From: Alphaproteobacteria bacterium
Lineage (GTDB): Bacteria > Pseudomonadota > Alphaproteobacteria > Rs-D84
Length of the DNA: 51,255 bases
Direction of reading: 5' to 3'
Assembly: GCA_017554665.1 (NCBI GenBank)
Contig: JAFZHX010000006.1
Coordinates: 1 to 51,255, forward strand
This document shows positions 49,031 through 51,255 of the stretch, piece by piece. A program made the translations under genes and the position numbers. Below the pieces are notes generated by a model that worked only from the letters and a program-made list of their open reading frames with translations, was not told where the DNA came from and ran no database searches. The number at the start of each line of letters is the position of its first letter. Position 1 is the stretch's first letter.

Positions 49031-50623
49031 ATGTATATAAACAAATTTTTTACTTATTTAGTCGCTATGATTGTTTTAGCTGGTTGTTCTAACAAACATT
49101 TTATGGGGGGCAATGATTGGACCGTATCCGAAGAAGCTTTTGTTGGTCGTCCATCTAATTTGGAACACGGCAAATATTCGCACATGTACGGTTCTTTTTC
49201 AGAAGACGTACAACACATTGCTGTATTGTTACCATTAACGGGCCAATCTGCTCAGGTTGGCAAAACTATCCGCACATCTGTTGAAACAGCCGTACTAGAA
49301 AGCAACAGTCAAAATATATCTGTATCTTTCTATGACACAGCTTCCGACATTGATTATGCCATAGATACAGCATTAGCCACAAATCCAAAGGTTATTATTG
49401 GGCCATTATTTGCCAAAGATGCATTATATTTGAAAAAATCTAAACCTTCTAACATACCAGCTTTATCATTTACATCTGACGCGACCGCTGTTGGTAATGG
49501 TGTTATGACAATGGCACTGATGCCAAACAACGGTGTTGAAGAAATTGTCAAACAAATCAAATCTGACGATATAAAAAAGTTTATCATTATTGCCCCAGAC
49601 ACAAAATCAGGTCGTCTGATGGCAGATACTGCTAAATTAGCTGCTGAAATCTATGAAATGCCATTGATTGGAATCTTTTATTACACAGAAAAAGATTCTG
49701 AATCAATAAAGAACGCATCTATCACAGCATCAATGTACCATGCACGCACAGCCGCACACACGCGCGCCCGTCAGGTTATTTCTGATGTACTATCAACAGA
49801 AAGTTTAAGTCCGATTGAAAAATCTAACTTAAACACACAACTGGAAAAACTGGAAAAAACAGAAACTGTTGGCACCGTACCATACGATGGAATTTTATTT
49901 CTTGGCAATGGCGATGACACCAAGGCCATAGCATCGTTCTTGCGTTATTATAATGTAAGTGCTCGTGATGCTGCTTTTTACGGAACAACAATGTGGGAAG
50001 GTTCAGACATTGCATCTGATTACACACTAAGTGGCGCAAAATATGCAACTTTACCACAAACAAATTCTGTATTTTCTGCAACATACGAACAAGTTTCTGG
50101 CACACCTGCAAATCGCTTAGCCAGTTTTGGTTATGATGCAACTAATATGGCTATCAATATGATATATTCCAACAAAAGCAATGCGGCCTACCTACTGGAC
50201 CCAAGTGGCTACATTGGCACAGACGGCTTGTTCAGATTAAAGCCAAATGGCGACAACGAACGTGCACTTCGTATTATGCAACTAAACGGTTCAGGTACAG
50301 CCACAGAAATCAAACCTGCACCTATCAGTTTTATGACACCTTTGTATAATATTGAGCAAAAACGCATATCACAGGCCAATGCTATGAACATGGAAACAAA
50401 CGGTATTGACCCTGATGATTATATTCGACTGCCAGAAAGATTTCGCGACAAATATCGCAGCAAAACAATTGGTGCGAACATCAAGTCCGAAACACAACCT
50501 GTGCATACAAATATTGTAACTATTGAATCAGACGATACCACAATCAAATCATCTGACTTTAAACCAGTAAAACTAGAATCTGTGAAGCGTACTTACATCG
50601 AAGAATATGAAGTAGAAGAATAA
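49031..50623 (+). CDS. LpoA/LppC-like penicillin-binding protein activator lipoprotein
   Basis: LAGC lipobox, IAVLLPLTG, YDT, IIGPLF, LASFGYDA, GTDGLFR; divergent from rsmI. Confidence 0.8.
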   Translation: MYINKFFTYLVAMIVLAGCSNKHFMGGNDWTVSEEAFVGRPSNLEHGKYSHMYGSFSEDVQHIAVLLPLTGQSAQVGKTIRTSVETAVLESNSQNISVSFYDTASDIDYAIDTALATNPKVIIGPLFAKDALYLKKSKPSNIPALSFTSDATAVGNGVMTMALMPNNGVEEIVKQIKSDDIKKFIIIAPDTKSGRLMADTAKLAAEIYEMPLIGIFYYTEKDSESIKNASITASMYHARTAAHTRARQVISDVLSTESLSPIEKSNLNTQLEKLEKTETVGTVPYDGILFLGNGDDTKAIASFLRYYNVSARDAAFYGTTMWEGSDIASDYTLSGAKYATLPQTNSVFSATYEQVSGTPANRLASFGYDATNMAINMIYSNKSNAAYLLDPSGYIGTDGLFRLKPNGDNERALRIMQLNGSGTATEIKPAPISFMTPLYNIEQKRISQANAMNMETNGIDPDDYIRLPERFRDKYRSKTIGANIKSETQPVHTNIVTIESDDTTIKSSDFKPVKLESVKRTYIEEYEVEE

Positions 50624-50634
50624 AAGGCAAAATC

Positions 50635-50961
50635 GTGAAAAAGATATTAACCTCCTTACTACTAAGCATATCAGTTATTTTTGTATCAAATGCTTCAACA
50701 GAAATAGACGGACTAAAAGAAGCACAAGACATTGCGACACTTGAAAACGATATCCTTATCTTAAAATCAGAATTAAGCAAATGCCAAAAAAGTAAAAAAG
50801 GCTGGATTGCGGCCACCGTCATTGGTTCTGCTGGTGTTGTTGCAACAGGTATTGCCGCTGGTGTACAAGGCGCACAAATAAAGGAACAAAAAAACACTAT
50901 ATCTAACACAGAGCAAGAAATAAAAAATTCAAAACAGACCACAGGATTAACTAATGAATAA
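50635..50961 (+). CDS. Small secreted coiled-coil protein with a Gly-rich hydrophobic segment
   Basis: GTG start; signal peptide; ELSKC..SKKGWIAATVIGSAGVVATGIAAGVQ. Confidence 0.75.
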   Translation: MKKILTSLLLSISVIFVSNASTEIDGLKEAQDIATLENDILILKSELSKCQKSKKGWIAATVIGSAGVVATGIAAGVQGAQIKEQKNTISNTEQEIKNSKQTTGLTNE

Positions 50962-51255
50962 AATTCAAAAATATATTTGGATTACATTGTTAATTTTTAT
51001 CGCTCCATTTACTGGCCACAGCAACTCTGCGCGTTATGAACAATTGGTCAAAGAAAAGCAAGAATTAATAGCAGAACTTGAAAAATGCACAAACACAACC
51101 AAAGGTTTAAAAATTGCAGGTGTTTCTACCCTAGGCTTAACTGCTGTTGGTGTTGCTGGCAACATATACGAAGCAAGTGTTATAAATAAAAACGAAAACA
51201 CAATCACGCAACTGCAGCAACAAAAAGACGAACTGAAAAAAGAATTACAAAAACA
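50954..51255 (+). CDS. Paralog of the upstream small secreted protein, partial (runs off the window end)
   Basis: Not in the ORF track. MNKIQKYIWITLLIFIAPFTGHS...ELEKCTNTTKGLKIAGVSTLGLTAVGVAGNIYEA...; ATGAATAA overlap with the upstream stop. Confidence 0.75.
   Translation, partial: MNKIQKYIWITLLIFIAPFTGHSNSARYEQLVKEKQELIAELEKCTNTTKGLKIAGVSTLGLTAVGVAGNIYEASVINKNENTITQLQQQKDELKKELQK

Overview
This AT-rich bacterial chromosome segment looks alphaproteobacterial, based on AddB type, the xerD neighbourhood, the secB/mltA and rsmI/LpoA-like pairs and the CxxxxC-type J-domain protein. It probably comes from a divergent, host-associated, reduced-genome lineage (Rs-D84/Enterousia-like; inference only). 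The backbone is housekeeping: secD-yajC, mutL, greA, LptF/G, xerD, trxB, serS, typA, dnaA, dprA, plsY, rpsT, recA, secB, mltA, ruvC, yebC, ruvA, mnmE, acyl-CoA synthetase, xth, addB, engB and rsmI, plus a six-gene glycosyltransferase cluster. I saw no tRNA, rRNA, CRISPR array, transposase or phage genes. Main highlights: (1) A dispersed family of Sec-secreted proteins with Gly/Ala/Thr-rich hydrophobic segments, plus a ~95-aa Cys-bonded repeat domain found in six copies across two genes 18 kb apart. The domain is fused to a Gly-rich segment in one gene and translationally coupled to a Gly-rich protein at the other locus, and differences between copies are mostly non-synonymous. (2) Four copies of a ~100-bp palindromic element with a conserved TAGTGTACA-nnn-GCTACATRA core and co-varying outer stems (RPE/MITE-like); one copy supplies the trxB stop codon. 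(3) A Ser-rich uORF behind a near-consensus promoter upstream of serS. (4) A DnaA lacking the arginine finger and sensor II, with no sign of oriC nearby. (5) A gene frameshifted at an A7 tract. All calls come from reading the sequence and recalled motifs; no searches were run.
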